Assembly (NCBI GenBank): GCA_014905635.1
Contig: JABVCE010000045.1
Location: 1 to 64,000, forward strand
Length of the DNA: 64,000 nt
Reading direction: 5' to 3'
From: Scenedesmus sp. PABB004
Taxonomy: Eukaryota
Part shown: positions 35,100 to 48,000 of the stretch, in pieces
Layout: each line of letters begins with the position of its first letter
Position numbering within the stretch: position 1 is the first letter of the stretch
Translations under genes and position numbers: made by a program
Notes under the pieces: model-generated
The model's input: the letters and a program-made list of their open reading frames with translations, nothing else
Told to the model about the DNA's origin: nothing
Database searches by the model: none

Positions 35100-36748
35100 C
35101 GGGGCTTCCTGGGCACCCGCGTCGCGCGGGTCCAGAATGGCAGCCGCGTGACGATGCGCGCCGGCAACTGGCTGCCGGGCAGCGACGCCCCCGCCTGGCT
35201 GCCCGACGACCTGCCGGGGTGAGCGATGGCGCGGCGCTGCGGCCGCGGGGCGCGCCCGCGGCCGCCTCCGGGCCGCCGACCGGCTCGGAGGACGGTGGAT
35301 CAGCCCCTGGGCAGCGCAGCGGCGCCAGTGCGGCCCGCCGCGGCCGCCTGGCGCGCGCGGCGCGCGGGCATCGTCCCCGCGGCTGCCGCGCGCGCGGGGG
35401 CAGCAGGCGCCCCCGCGGGCCGCGAGGAGTTGGCCGGGCGGCGGCATCGCTTCCCGGACAGCTCGGGCGCCTGCACGGGGCCGGCAGCGGGCGGGGAGCA
35501 GCGGCGGCGCGCGGCGGCGGGCGCGCGCCAGATCGGGCAGATCAGGGCCAGGATTGGGCCCGCTGCGCGCCGCGCGGGCGCCGGGGCGTCGCGCTCAGAG
35601 CCGGGCAGCCGTCCCACGCGCGGCGGCGCCACCGCGGCGGGCGCGGCCGCGGCGGGGGCCGCGCCCCGCGCCGCGCTGCTGCGGCAACCGACAGCAGCGC
35701 GCCCTGCGGGCCCCCGGCGCCGGGCGCTCACCCCGCGCCGCGCCGCGCGCCGCGCGCCGCCCCGCAGCAACTACGGCTTCGACCCCCTCGGCCTGTGCAA
35801 GGACCCCGCGAGCCTGAAGCGCTTCACCGAGTCGGAGGTCATCCACTGCCGCTGGGCGATGCTGGGCGCCGCCGGCTGCCTGGGCGTGGAGGCGCTGGGC
35901 TTCGGCAACTGGTATGACGCGCCCCTCTGGGTGAGTGCCCCCGCGCGCGCCAATGGCTGCCAGCGCCAGCGTGCCCGCGCGCGCCAAGGCGGCGCCGCGG
36001 CAGCGCCGTATCCTTGCGCCGGCCGGCCGCAGCGCCGGCCGCGCGCCGCCCCTGCCGACTGGCGCGCGCCGCCGCCGCTGCCGCGCAGGCCATCAACGGC
36101 GGCAGCCCCACCTGGTTCGGCATCAGCGTGCCGTTCGACCTCAACACCCTGCTGGCCGTCGTGAGTGCTGCCACGCGCGCGTGCGCCCGGCGTGCGCCCG
36201 CGCGCCCGCCCTCGGCCGCGCGCCGGCGACGCGCCCCGTGCGCGCGCCGCTGCTCACGCGCGCCCCTGCTCCCTCCCTCCCCTCCCTCTCTCCTCGCGCG
36301 CGCGTGCGCAGGAGTTTGTGGCCATGGCCGCCGCCGAGTCGCGCCGCGGCGACGAGACCGACGCCGCGAAGCGCATCTACCCGGGCGGCGCGTTTGACCC
36401 CCTCAACTTTGCCAAGGGCGACATCGAGACCCTGAAGCTCAAGGAGATCAAGAACGGCCGCCTCGCGATGATGGCCTGCCTCGGCTTCGTGGCGCAGGTG
36501 CGGCGACGCGGCGCGGCGCGCGGCGGCGGCGCGCGGCGGCGGCGCGCGCGCGGCGGCGCGCGGCGGCGGCGCGCGCCGCCGGCGCGCCGGGGCGCGCCGG
36601 GGCGCGGCTGACGCCGACGCTCCCGCCCGCGCACCGCGCGCCGCAGCACGCCGCCACCGGCAAGACGCCCCTGCAGGCGCTGGGCGACCACATCGGCAAC
36701 CCGTGGGGCTCCAACTTTGCCACCAACGGCGTCAGCCTGCCGTTCTGA
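35064..36748 (+). CDS. LHCA1: Photosystem I light-harvesting chlorophyll a/b protein LHCA1; exons 35064-35218, 35768-35930, 36089-36160, 36312-36497, 36647-36748
   Basis: [91 protein letters not shown], closely matching chlorophyte LHCA1 as I recall it. Confidence 0.96.
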
Positions 36749-37776
36749 TCGCCCCGCGGCGCAGCAGCGGCTGTACTGAGCGGTCGGTCGGGTAGCGTTG
36801 TGCTGGACGGCGCGCGTGCGCGCTGTCGTGTGGTGTGTGCGTGGCCGGCTGTGCCGGCCGGGCGCGTCGGGCGCGCGCCTGGTGGTGGTTGCCGGCCGGC
36901 GCGGCCGCGGCCACGGCTCCCCCGCCCGCCGCGAGGGAGGGGGCGGAGCAGGGCTTGCGGCAGCGCGCGCGGTTTTGGAGGCGCAGCTCGCCGCCGCGGG
37001 CAGCGCGACCGCGCGAGGGGCCCCCAGGCCCGCGCCGCGCGCTCGAGTAGCGGAGGGCTGTGAGAGGCTGTGGGGGCGGCCGTGCTGCGGGGCGCCGGCT
37101 GTTTAACGGAGAGTCCTCGCTCGCGCCGCTGCTGGCACGGGGTTTGGAGCCGTCGAGCGTTAACAGCCGACCGCGAAAGCGAAGCAAAAGCAAAGCAAGG
37201 GAGGGTTCTCAGTCGATCCCCGCGCTGTCAGCGCCCAAGCAGAGGAATGGTGGTCACGCCCGCCTGCAGCGCGCGCGCGCGATGCGCAGCCAGCGCTCGC
37301 GCGGCGCGCGGCGCGCGCCGCCGCGGGCTGCGTTCGCGCAGCCCTTGGCGTGTGTGGCGTTCAGAGAGGCAGTGTGCACATGCTGACCATGTGGTCGTCA
37401 CGACGTCAACCAAGCCGCCGGTCGCGGCAATACCTAGGCACGCGCCGCCGCACGCGCCGCAGCGCCGCGCCGACATGGGTCGGACGCGGCGCGCGCGTGC
37501 GCAGAGCTGGCGGCCGCGGAAACGACAGCCGCAAAACAACTCGGTGCCCCGCCCCGCTCAGCATCGATCACGCGCGGGGCGGCGGCGGCGCCGCGACAGG
37601 CCGCGCCAGGCCGCACAGGGCGCGCCGCCGGCCACTCCCTCGGCGCGCGGCCGTGCGCGACCAGCGCGCAACAGCCGGCTTTTTCCCCCAGCACCCCATG
37701 CAGGTGGTGCCGACGCAGCGGGCGCCGACCGTGCACTGCACCCTGCGTTTGGCAGCACGTCGCATGTGCTAGCGCC

Positions 37777-40700
37777 CTAATTCTCGCAGGTCCAGCTGGG
37801 TGACGAGTAGGTCGACCACCAGGTGTTGCAGGCGTTGACATCAGTGAGCGCGTTGGTGCAGGCGCCCAGCTCGGTTGGGGTGGTGCCGCTCCGGTAGAGC
37901 GCGGCCCGCGTGTATCCGGCGGGGCACGTGTAGCCCACCGGCAACTGCGGGCTGTAGCACGCCTTGATTGCGGTGAGGTTGCCCGCGGGTGTTGTGATGT
38001 CAGCAATGACCGTCGGATACCCAGAGAAGCAGCGCGTGCTGCTGGCTGCGAGGCAGCCCTTGAGCGTGCCGCTGGCGCACGCCAGCGTCAGGTTGCCGCT
38101 GCCCTCGCACACATAGGTGGGGTATGCGGTTGTGTTGCAGTTGCTGCCCGTCGCATTGTAGCAGGCCTGCACGGTGGGCGACGACCCGATCGCCGTCACC
38201 GCTGAGAGCGCCATGATCTGCGACGCGCTCGGGCAGGACAGGGCCCCGCTCTTGAGGCAGCCCGACAGCGTCGCCGACCCAGCGCCCATGGCGGTCGAGT
38301 AGATGGGCACGGTCTGGCTGGCGTCGGCACCGCTGCAGTTGGTCAGCACCGTGGCGAGGCACTGCTGCAGCACCGGCACGCTGCCGGCGGTGGCGTAGCT
38401 GTACACCGGGAAGGGCTGCGCGGCAGGGCACGCCATCGCGCTGGGCGCCAGGCAGCCGACGAGTGGGCTGTTCCAGCTGCCGTTGCGCAGCGCCACCTGG
38501 TCCGTGCAGGCCGCGCCGGCGGCGGGCCGGCACTCCACGACGGCGTCGGGTGCGCTGAGCGTGGCAAAGGGGTAGGCTATGGCGCTGGGCACGCCGTTGG
38601 TCGGCGGCGACTCGGCGCTGCCGTTGGAGGTCTGGCACGTGTTGCCGCCGAGCTTGCAGCCCACGAGCCCGGCCGACCCGCTGCCGTTGAAGAAGCTGAT
38701 CTGGCCAGAGCCGGTGAGGCACGTGAAGTTGGCCGCGCGGCACGCCGACATCACAGCGGCGCCGTCGAGCACCCACTTTGGCCACGCCGCCGGGCACTGC
38801 GCGTCGACCGCGGAGCAGCCCCTGACGACGCCGCCGGCGTCGACCAGCTCCACGGTAGAGTTGGGGAAGGCCGTCGCGTTGTTGCAGTCGGCGACGCTCG
38901 CCACGGAGCGGCACTGCGCCAGCTCGGCCGCGGCGACGCTCGTGTTGGTGCGCCTGTAGACGCCAAACGGCCAGCCGCTGGCGGCGCAGTCGGTCATGCC
39001 CGACTGCGCGCAGCCCTGCAGCGCGCCGGCGCCGCTGCGCAGCTCCGTGGGGTAGGGCGCGGCGCACGCGGTGAGGTTGTCGGGGCGGCACTGCGCCAGC
39101 TCGCCGGTCGAAGACAGAATCGACATGCCCAGCCCCGCCGTCAGCACGCTGCAGCGGCCGGTAGAGGCCTTGAGGCAGCCCACGACGGGCGCGTCGGCGC
39201 TCAGCGTCGTGCTGGCCACCGCCTTCACGGCGAACGTGTTGCCCGTGACGCGGACGTTGGTGAAGTTGGCGGCGCAGTTGGTCACGCCGCTGATCGGCGG
39301 GCGGCACTCCTCGATGCCGGTCGGGCCGGCCAGGAAGAAGGGGAGGTTGTAGAAGCAGTCCGAGCTAACGCCCGTGGGGCAGCTCGTGGCGTTGGCGTCC
39401 ATGCAGCCCAGCAGCGTGGCGCCGCTGGCGTCGGCGAGCTTCGCGGTGAACGTCGGCAGCGTCGCGTCGTCGCACGCCGCGCGCGGCGGGCGGCACTCGC
39501 GCACCGCGTGGTCGGCGGAGAGGAAGGGGAAGGTCGCCGTGCTGGGCGCGCCCGGGCAGGGCGTGCCGGCGCGCATGCAGCCCGTGAGGGCGCCGCCGTC
39601 GGGCGTCGCGCGGACCTCGACGCTGAAGTCGCCAAACACGCCAGGCACGTCGCACGACGTCTGCCCCGGCGGCGCGATGCACGCGACGAGGCGCGCGACG
39701 GTCGCGTTGGCCCCGCTCCCCGCGAGCTGGCCGGAGTAAAGGGGGAAGCTCCGGTCGGCGGACGGCGTGGGGGCGGGGCAGGCGTTGTTGGCCAGCTGCG
39801 CGCAGCGCTCGGTCGTCGAGTTGAGCGTCTGGCTGATACGCACGAGGCCGGCGCCGCAGACCGCCGCCGCGCTGCAGCCGGCGAGGCCGCTGTTGCCGTC
39901 GTAGATGGGCACGGTCCAGTTGGAGAACGGCGGCGGGCCGCCCGAGGTCGAGCAGGGGCCGCCAAAGTTGGCGCGGCACGCCGCGAGGCCGCCGGCGGCG
40001 TCGTAGTACACAAACGTAAAGCCCTGGGCCGCGGGGCAGCTCGCGGCGGCGCCGGTCGCGGTGCAGCCGACGAGCGCGCCGATGCCGTCGTACAACGGCA
40101 GCCCGCCGTAGCCCGGCAGGCCGGTGCAGTCGGAGCGCCCGCCGGTCGGCGGCACGCAGCGGTCGAGCGCGCCGTTGGCGGCGAGGCTGAAGGGGTAGCC
40201 GGGCGCCTGGCTGCACGACGAGCGCGCGCTGAGGCACATGTCCGGCGCCGTCGCGTTGGCGGTCGGCGCCGCGACGACCGGGAATGCGCCCGGGCAGGCG
40301 CCGGTGCCGCAGCCGACGGCCACGCCGGCGTCCAGCAGCGTGATGTTGAACGCGGCGCCGCCCGCCGCGCACGCGCTGGCCGCGGAGCGGCACTCGGACA
40401 GCGTCGTCTGCGAGGAGTACAGCGCAAAGTTGAAGGCCGCCGGGCAGGCCGTCGTGGCGGTCGCGAGGCAGCCGAGCAGCTCGCTCGCGTTGCCCCGGAT
40501 CGGGATGGGGTAGGCGCCGGTGGTGTTGAGCGGGCCGGTGTTGATGGCCACGTTGCACGCCGCGACCGCGCCGCGGGGCCAGCAGTTGGTCAGCGCCGTC
40601 ACGCCGTCCAGGGGCGCATAGTAGGGGAAGGGGTAGTCGGCGGGGCAGGACGACCCCGGCGCGCGCGCGTAGCACTTGTCGGGGTAGCCCAGCGCGCTGC

Positions 40701-43700
40701 GCGCGGTCACGGGGTAGGCGTCCGGGCAGGGCAGCAGCGGGGAGAGGCACTCGATGATGAGCCCGTTGAGCGCGATGGCGGGGACGGTGTTGGGCGCGGA
40801 GCAGCTGCTGATGGCGGTCCCGTTGCTGCTGCACTCGGCCAGCGCGCCGCCGGGCGTGACGCGGCCCGGGTAGGGGTACTCGGCCGGGCACGCCTGCGCG
40901 GCGGACTGGATGCAGCCGACGACCGCGCCGCTCGTGGTCGTGCGCACGTTGTAGTCGCCGGCGTTGGGGTCGACGCCGGCGGCCGAGAGCGCCGGGTTCA
41001 TCATCGCCGACGTGAAGTCGCACACGGAGCGCCCCACGTTGGCGCGGCAGCCCACGAGCACCGGCGGCAGCTGCGGCAGGCCCGCCGGGTAGCGCCGCAG
41101 CGCGAGGGCGTAGTCGGCGGGGCAGGCCGCGCCGGGCTGCAGGCAGCCGACCGTGCGCGTCGACGTGCACAGCACGTTGCCGCCGCAGCCCGCCGGCAGC
41201 GCGGCGGTGACCTCGATGCTGTGGTTCGCCGCCGCGACGCCGCTGGGGCAGGCCTGCTGCGCGGGGTTGAGCGTCAGGCAGGCCCCGAGCGTGCCGTTGA
41301 CGGACGTGCCGGGCACGGTGTAGCGGTCGACGCCGCCCGACACGAGCGCGGGGCACGCGGTCGTCACGCGGCACTCGGTGATGCCCCAGGCGGGGGTCGA
41401 GCTCCACTCGCGGAACGCGACGCCCGGGCACGCGTTGTCGGCGCCGCGCACGCAGCCGAGCAGCGCGCTGCCGTTGGCGTTGTACAGCGGCGTCGTCCAG
41501 GGGCTGTTGGCGGGGCACACGGCGGCCGCCCAGGGCCGGCACTCCTGCAGCACCGACGGCGCGCCGCCCCAGAAGCCGATCAGGCCGGCCCCGGGGCAGG
41601 CGGTCGAGGCCGCGGTCATGCAGCCCTCAACCACGTCCCCCGCGCCGCGCACGATGACGGGGTAAGCCGGCGGGCACGCAGACGCGGGCGAGGGCAGGCA
41701 GGCCTTGAGCACGGCGCCGTCCCAGGCCTTGACGCCAAAGCCGGCGGCTGTGCACGTGCAGCTGCCGTTGACGGCCACGCTGTTGGCGATGGCCGAGCAG
41801 TTGAGCGGCAGCACCTCCTGCGCGCGCGGCGCGGCGCGGCGGGGGAGGGGCGCGGGCGTGAGCGCGCGGGCGCGGAGCGCGCAGGCCGGCGCCGCCGGCC
41901 GGGCAGCGCACGGGCGGCGGCGCGGCGGCCACTCACGCAGCAGGTCGTGTTTGACGGCGGCGCCAGTGACGCCGCGTTGGCGCGCAGCGCGGTGCCCGTG
42001 GAGCAGCTGTACGGCGAGGTGCCGTTGACCGAAACCACGGTGTTGGCGCATGTCGCAGCCTGCGGGGCGGGGGGCCGCGGGTGGTGAGCGCGCGCCGGCG
42101 CGCCGAGCCCAGCGGGGTCGCGCGAGGCGTGCGGCGCGGCGGCACTCACGCAGCAGGTGGTGACGTTGGGGCTGAGGATGCTGCTCGCGTTTGGCCGCAG
42201 CGCGAGGCCGTTGGTGCACACAAAGGCCGTGCCGTTGGTGCCGGTGTTGCCGCAGGTGGGGATCGTGGCCTGCAGCGCGGCGCGCGGCAGCGGCGGCGCG
42301 TGAGGCGTCCGCCCGTCGCCGCCACGCGCGCGCGCGCCTGGCCGGCTGCTGGGCTGCTGCGGGGCAGCCCTGCTTGCTGCGCGGCTCACGCAGCAGGTCG
42401 TCTGGTTGGGGCTGAGGATGCTGCTGGCATTGGGTTTCAGTGCCGTCCCCGAGGAGCAGTTGAACGCCGTGCCATTGACCCCCGCGGTGGCGCAATTGGG
42501 CGGCGCAACCTGCGCGGCGCGAGGCGTCGTCAGCGGCTGCGGCGCGGCCGGCGCTGCGGCTGCGACCGCGCGCTGGGTCACGCGCGACCGCACTCACGCA
42601 GCAGGTCGTCTGGTTGGGGCTCAGGATGCTGGTGGCGTTTGGCCGCAGCACGGTGCTGTTGGAGCAGCTGAACGCCGTGCCGTTGACCCCGGCGTTGCCG
42701 CAGGTGGGGATGAGCGCCTGCGGGCACGCGGGGGCAGCGAGAGCGTGGGCGCCCGCTTGGCGCGCGCTGCTGGCCGCCGCGGGGCCGCGGCACCGCTGCC
42801 GCGCACTCACGCAGCAGGTCGTCTGGTTGGGGCTGAAGATGCTGCTGGCGTTGGCAACCAGCGCGGTGCCCGAGGAGCAGTTGAACGCCGTGCCATTGAC
42901 GCCCGCGGTGGCGCACGTGGGCGCGTCGACCTGCGGCGGCGGCGCGGCGGCTGCGCGTCAGCGCGCCGCCGCGCAGCGCGCCGGCGGGCGCTGCAGCAGC
43001 TGCGCGAGCGCCGGGCACTCACGCAGCAGGTGGCGTTGGACAGCACCGTGATGTTGGACGCGTTGGCCGCCAGCAGGGTGCCCGGCGGGCAGCTCCACGC
43101 CGTGCCGTTTGTCGCGTTGGCGCAGGTGAGGACCACCGGCGCGGGGCTGGGCGACGGGCTGGGCAGCGGCTGCGGGCTGGGGCTGGGGCTGGGCGACGAG
43201 GGCGCGGGGCTGCCGGTGGGGCCCTTGGGCTTGGCATAGTCAGCCTCGGCAAAGGTGGGGTCCTTGGCCGTCGACGCCCCTGCGTCGGCAGCAGCGCGGG
43301 GTGTGCGTGAGCGCCGCGCTGCGCGGCCGCGCGCACGCGCCGGCGGGCCCGCGCCGCGCCGCGCCGCGCCGCGCAGCGCCGCGCCGCGCCGCGCGCTCAC
43401 AGTTGGCGCGCAGCGTGCGAGTCCGCCCCGACGGCGTCGGCGGGAGCGACCCGGGCGCGGCGAGCACGGTGGGCCAGACGGTGGTGTTGGCCTTGCCGTA
43501 GCCGGCGCCCTCGCGCGCCGCGCGCACGAGCGCGTCGCGCGTCTCCTTGGTGCCCGTGAAGCTGAAGCTGAACATGTAGCCGGCAAACTTCATGTCAGCG
43601 TTCCACTCCTGCACGCGCCGCGCCGGGGGGCGTGAGAGGCGGCGCGCATGCGGCGCGGCCGCCGCCGGGCGCCCGCGCGCGGCCGGCCAGCGCGCGTGCG

Positions 43701-44008
43701 CGCGCGCGCGCGGGCGGCGCGCGCACCGCGGTCCAGGTGCGGCAGGGGCCGATGCTGCCCTGCACAACGTCGGTCACGCCGGGGAAGGCCGACAGGTCGG
43801 CGAGCGTCGCGGCGACGAGCACCTCGTCAAAGCCGGTGAGGAAGGTCGCGGTGCAGCGCCCGTTGACGGTCCAGGCGGGGTTGAAGTACTGCGTCTCGGT
43901 CTGCGCCGGCTTGGCCGCCAGCAGCAGGCGCGCCGCGGACGCGCGCCGCGGCGCCGCCGCCGCGAGCAGCAGCAGCAGCAGCGCCGACAGCAGCGGCGAC
44001 CGCCGCAT
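37777..44008 (-). CDS. Large secreted cysteine-rich repeat glycoprotein (roughly 1800 aa), 9 coding exons
   Basis: Signal peptide MRRSPLLSALLLLLLAAAA, N-terminal domain, (SP)n linker, six ~40-aa four-Cys modules, then a single 4041-nt exon (41817-37777) of C-P-x-(Y/F)P...L-x-(E/G)-C repeats. Many N-x-S/T sequons; no obvious TM anchor. Confidence 0.85.
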
Positions 44009-45081
44009 GGCGCCGGCGCGACTGCGCGCGGGGGTGTGCATCAGGCGCGGCACATGCAGCGCGCCGGCTGCGGCCCGTTGGTCCAGCGCGGCCGCCGGCT
44101 GCCTGCGCGGCGCGGCGCGGCGCGCGGGGGCGGGGGCGGGTTGGGAGGGGGTGCGGGGCGCGGGGCGGCGTTGAGGGGGCGGCGTTGGTTCGCGCAGCTG
44201 CTGCTGCGTCACCGCGGCGGCCCCGGTGACGCGTGCCCGCGGCGGTCGCGCGCGGGGCGGATGCGCCCGCCACGCCGCCGCGCTCGTGCCGGGCGTGACG
44301 AACGGCCGGCGGCTGCAGCCCCACGCCCCGGCCGCCGCTGCCGTCGCAGCGCCGCCGCTGCCGCGGCCGGCGGCCGGCGTCCGGCCAGAAAGGGCCCCCG
44401 CGGCGCACCTGGAGTGCTGCGCTGTGGCAGTATCAGGACGGTGGCCGGCTTGCAGGGGCCGCGGCGTGTCCGCCCGACCCGGCGCGCGGTCGCTTTGATG
44501 TGGGCGCCGGTGCCGCCGCGTGCGTGGACGCCGGGCTGCGCCGCGGGCAGCAGCGACGCGGCGCAGCGTCTCAGCGGAGCGGCGGGGGTGCTCGCGCGCC
44601 GCGGCAGCAGCAGCAGCAGCAGGAAGCGCCACCGAACAAGCCGGCGCAGCGCGCCCCGGCCCAAGTACTCACCTGGCAAGAACGATCGAGCGCTGTGGTC
44701 GCGAACGCTAGGCGTGCGAGCAGCGGGCTCGCGGGCGTGGCTATGCGCGTGGGCGCGTCGCTGAGCGTTCAGTCTGCTTGAGTCTGCGGCGTGTGGTGGC
44801 GAACGCGAGAGACCGGACGGACCGAAGAGCTACTGTGGCCGCCAGCGAGCGGGGGAGCAGAGTTTGCGCGCCGCGGCGTGGTGGTGGTAGCGGGTCGGCG
44901 ACGACTCGCCGACGGCTCGCTTGCCGGGCGCCCGCGCGCCCCCTCCCGCGCCGCCGCGCCCCGCGCGAGCCCACCGACGCGAACGCGCTGCCACGCAACG
45001 ACCGTGGGGCACGCGAGAGCGGCCACCGGCGCCGCCGCCGCCGCGGCCGGCGCTGGATGGCGGTGCCGCCGGCGGCCGGCC

Positions 45082-48000
45082 TCACGCGCGGCCGCTGGCG
45101 CCTTCCGGCTCGGGGGCGGCCTGGAAGAGCTCCGTGAGCAGCGTGGGCACGTTGGGTGCGTGGCGGCAGATGTCCCACGCGCGCCGAAATTCGCGGCGAA
45201 GCTTGTCGCAGCCCTCCGCGTGCACCGTGCGCCCCAGGTCGTGGCTGAGCTCGAAGGGGTCCTCGATGCAAAACAGGTGGCGCTCCATGCCCACGCGCGT
45301 CGTCCTGCGGGCGGGCGCCCGGCGCGCGGGTGGGCGGGTGCGGAGACGGCGCAGCAGCGACGCCACCGCCGCCGCCGCGCCCGCCGCCGCCGCGCGCGCA
45401 CCAGCCCTTGTTGGCCTTGGTGAGCTGCCCGCCGACGCGCACGCTCACGACGCCGCGCTTGAAGTCGTGCTGGTGGGCCCAGTAGTAGAAAAACGCGGCG
45501 AGCAGCGCGGCGACGCTCTCGCCGTTGTCGCGCCCCGCGCCCGCGAGGGCCCCCACGTCGTCGCAGTAGTCGCAGCACCAGCCGCCTGCGCGGCGCGGGA
45601 GGGGCGGCAGGGCGCGGGGCGCGGCGCCGTCGGCGCGCGGCGCGCGGCGCGCGGGGCGCGCGGCGCGGCGGGCGGCGCGCGGGGCCGCGAAGCGCGCGGC
45701 GCCGCACCGATCGTGCGCCGGTGCGTCGGCGGCAGCTCCTGCAGCACGGGCAGCACGGCCGGGCTGCGGGCCTGGAGGTGGGCGATGGTCATGAGCACGT
45801 AGGCGTAGCTGCTCAGCGTGCCCACGTACGCGTCGTTGCAGCGCCGCCGCTTCGCCCTGGCGCCACGACGCGGCGCAGCGGCGGCGCGCGGCGCGCGGTG
45901 TGGCTGCGTGCACCGGCGCGTGCGCGGGAGGGAGGAGGAAGGCCCGCGCGCGGCGGCGGCGGCGGCGGCGGTGCGTGTGTGTGGGCGGGCGGGCGCACCA
46001 GTGCTTGATGAGCAGCACGAGCGGGCGCAGGCGGGGGTCGAGCGCGGCATAGTCGGACAGCAGCTTCGTGTTGGTCACGGCGAGGCGGTTGTTGATGGTC
46101 ACGTCGACCTTGAACCCTGCCGCACAGGAGGAGGGGTGGAGAACGAGGAGGAGGCGGAGGAGGAGGAGGGGGAGGCGTCGGCGAGCGGCGGGGAAGAAAG
46201 AAGGGGGCGCGGGCGGCGCGGGCGGTGCAGGCGGGCCGCGCGGGCAGCGCGAGCGGCGCGCACCCGTGTCTGGGTGCTCAAACTTTATGACCGGCATGCG
46301 TGCCCGGGGAATGGCAAAGAGCTTTGCCGCGCCCGCGGCCGACAGCTGCTCCTCGAGCTGCAGGATCACGTCGCCTGGGGGCGGGCGGGCGGCGGCGCGC
46401 GGCGGGCGGCGCGGTCGGGAGCGCCGCGCCACGCCGGCGCCGCGCGGGCCGGCCAGCCCAGCGGGCGCGCGCGCGCGCGGCCGTGCGCGCGTGCGCGCGG
46501 GCGGCGGCGGCTCACCGCGCGCCTCCTTGGTCTCCTCCACGCCGTCCAGCTCCAGGCAGACGTCGAGGTCGTTGCTGCCGCCGATGTCCAGCTGGTTGGC
46601 GCCGCTGCCAAACAGGTGCACGCGCCCCGCCGGCCACAGCCGCTGCAGCAGCCCCCGGACCGCGTCCCAGGCCTGCGCCTGGCGCGCGCGCTGCGACGCG
46701 CTGGGCGCGAGCTGCGCCGCCAGCGCGAGCAGCGCGGCGTCCAGCTCCGGCATCGACACGCGCAGCGCGGGCGGCAGGCTGGGTGTGGGCCGGCGCGGGC
46801 CCGGCGGGGCCGAGCCCAGCCGCGCCTGCCCCGCCGGGCCGCCCGGGCCGCCGGGCGCGGGCGAGGGCGGCACGCCGCCGCGTGGCGAGCCCGCGGGGCC
46901 CGGGCCGCGCACCGGGGACGCGCCCCCAGCCGACCGCCCCTGCTGCTGCTGCTGCAGAAGCTGCTGCAGCTGCTGCATCTGCTGCATCTGCTGCTGCTGC
47001 TGGCCCTGCTGCTGCATCTGCTGCTGCTGCTGCTGCTGCTGCTGTGCCTGCTGCTGGCCCTGCTGCTGCTGACGCAGCTGCAGCTGCTGCAGGGCGGCGG
47101 CAGCGCCCGCGGCGTCCGGGTGCTGCTGCATGCGCGCCAGCAGCGCGTGCAGCTGGTCCTGCTTCAATTGCTGCTCCTGCTCCTGCTGGGCGGCCTGCTG
47201 CTGGAGCGCCTGCTGCAGGTGCTGCAGCAGCTGCTGCTGGTGCTGGTGCTGCTGCTGCTGGGCCGCCTGCTGCATCTGGTGCGCCTGCGCCTGGGCCGCC
47301 TGATGCTGCTGGTGCTGCTGCTGCATGTGCAGCTGCGCCATCAGCGACGCCAGGTTGCTCCCGCGCTGCCCAGGCGCGGCGCCGGCCTCGGCGTGCAGCG
47401 CCGGCGGCCCGGGCTGGCCAAACTGCTGCTGCGCCTGCTGCTGCTGCTGCTGCTGCGCCTGCTGCTGCTGCTGCGCCGCATGCTGCTGCGCCTGCTGCTG
47501 CGCCTGCTGCTGCGCCTGCTGCTGCTGCGCCTGCTGCTGCTGCGCCTGCTGCTGCTGCGCCTGCTGCTGCTGCGCCTGCTGCTGCTGCGCCTGCTGCTGC
47601 TGCGCCTGCTGCTGCTGCGCCTGCTGCTGTTGCGCCTGCTGCTGGTGCGCCGCGTGCCGCTGCTGCGTGAGGAGCTGCAGCTGCGAGGGCTGCCCCAGGC
47701 CCGATCCCTCCAGCGGGCGCTGCTGGGGCGGCCCCTGCAGGCCGCCGAGGCCGCCAAAGCCGCCGCCGCCGCCGCCGAGGCCATCGCTGCGGCGCGGCGC
47801 GCCGAACAGCGCGCCCAGGCCGTCAAAGTGCGGCGGCGGCGGCGGCGGCGGGGGCCCGCCAAACCCTGTCGTCTGCTGGAGGTCCAGTCCGAACAGCAGC
47901 GGCTGCTCTGACGCGTGCTGTTGCTGGTGCTGCTGCGGCGGCGGTGGCGCGCTGAAGAGCGAGCCGCCGCTGCCATAGTCCACCCGGTACGGCGGCTGCT

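Noticed and set aside
44665..44790. TACTCACCTGG resembling the U1 snRNA 5' end
   Set aside because: No U1 stem-loop I or Sm site follows. It is better explained as a minus-strand CAG|GTGAGTA donor, probably a 5'UTR intron of the Cys-rich gene.
45818..47978. Antisense poly-Leu and poly-Cys ORFs opposite URT1, and similar shadow ORFs opposite other genes
   Set aside because: They are reverse-complement readings of polyQ or GC-biased codons, not independent genes.
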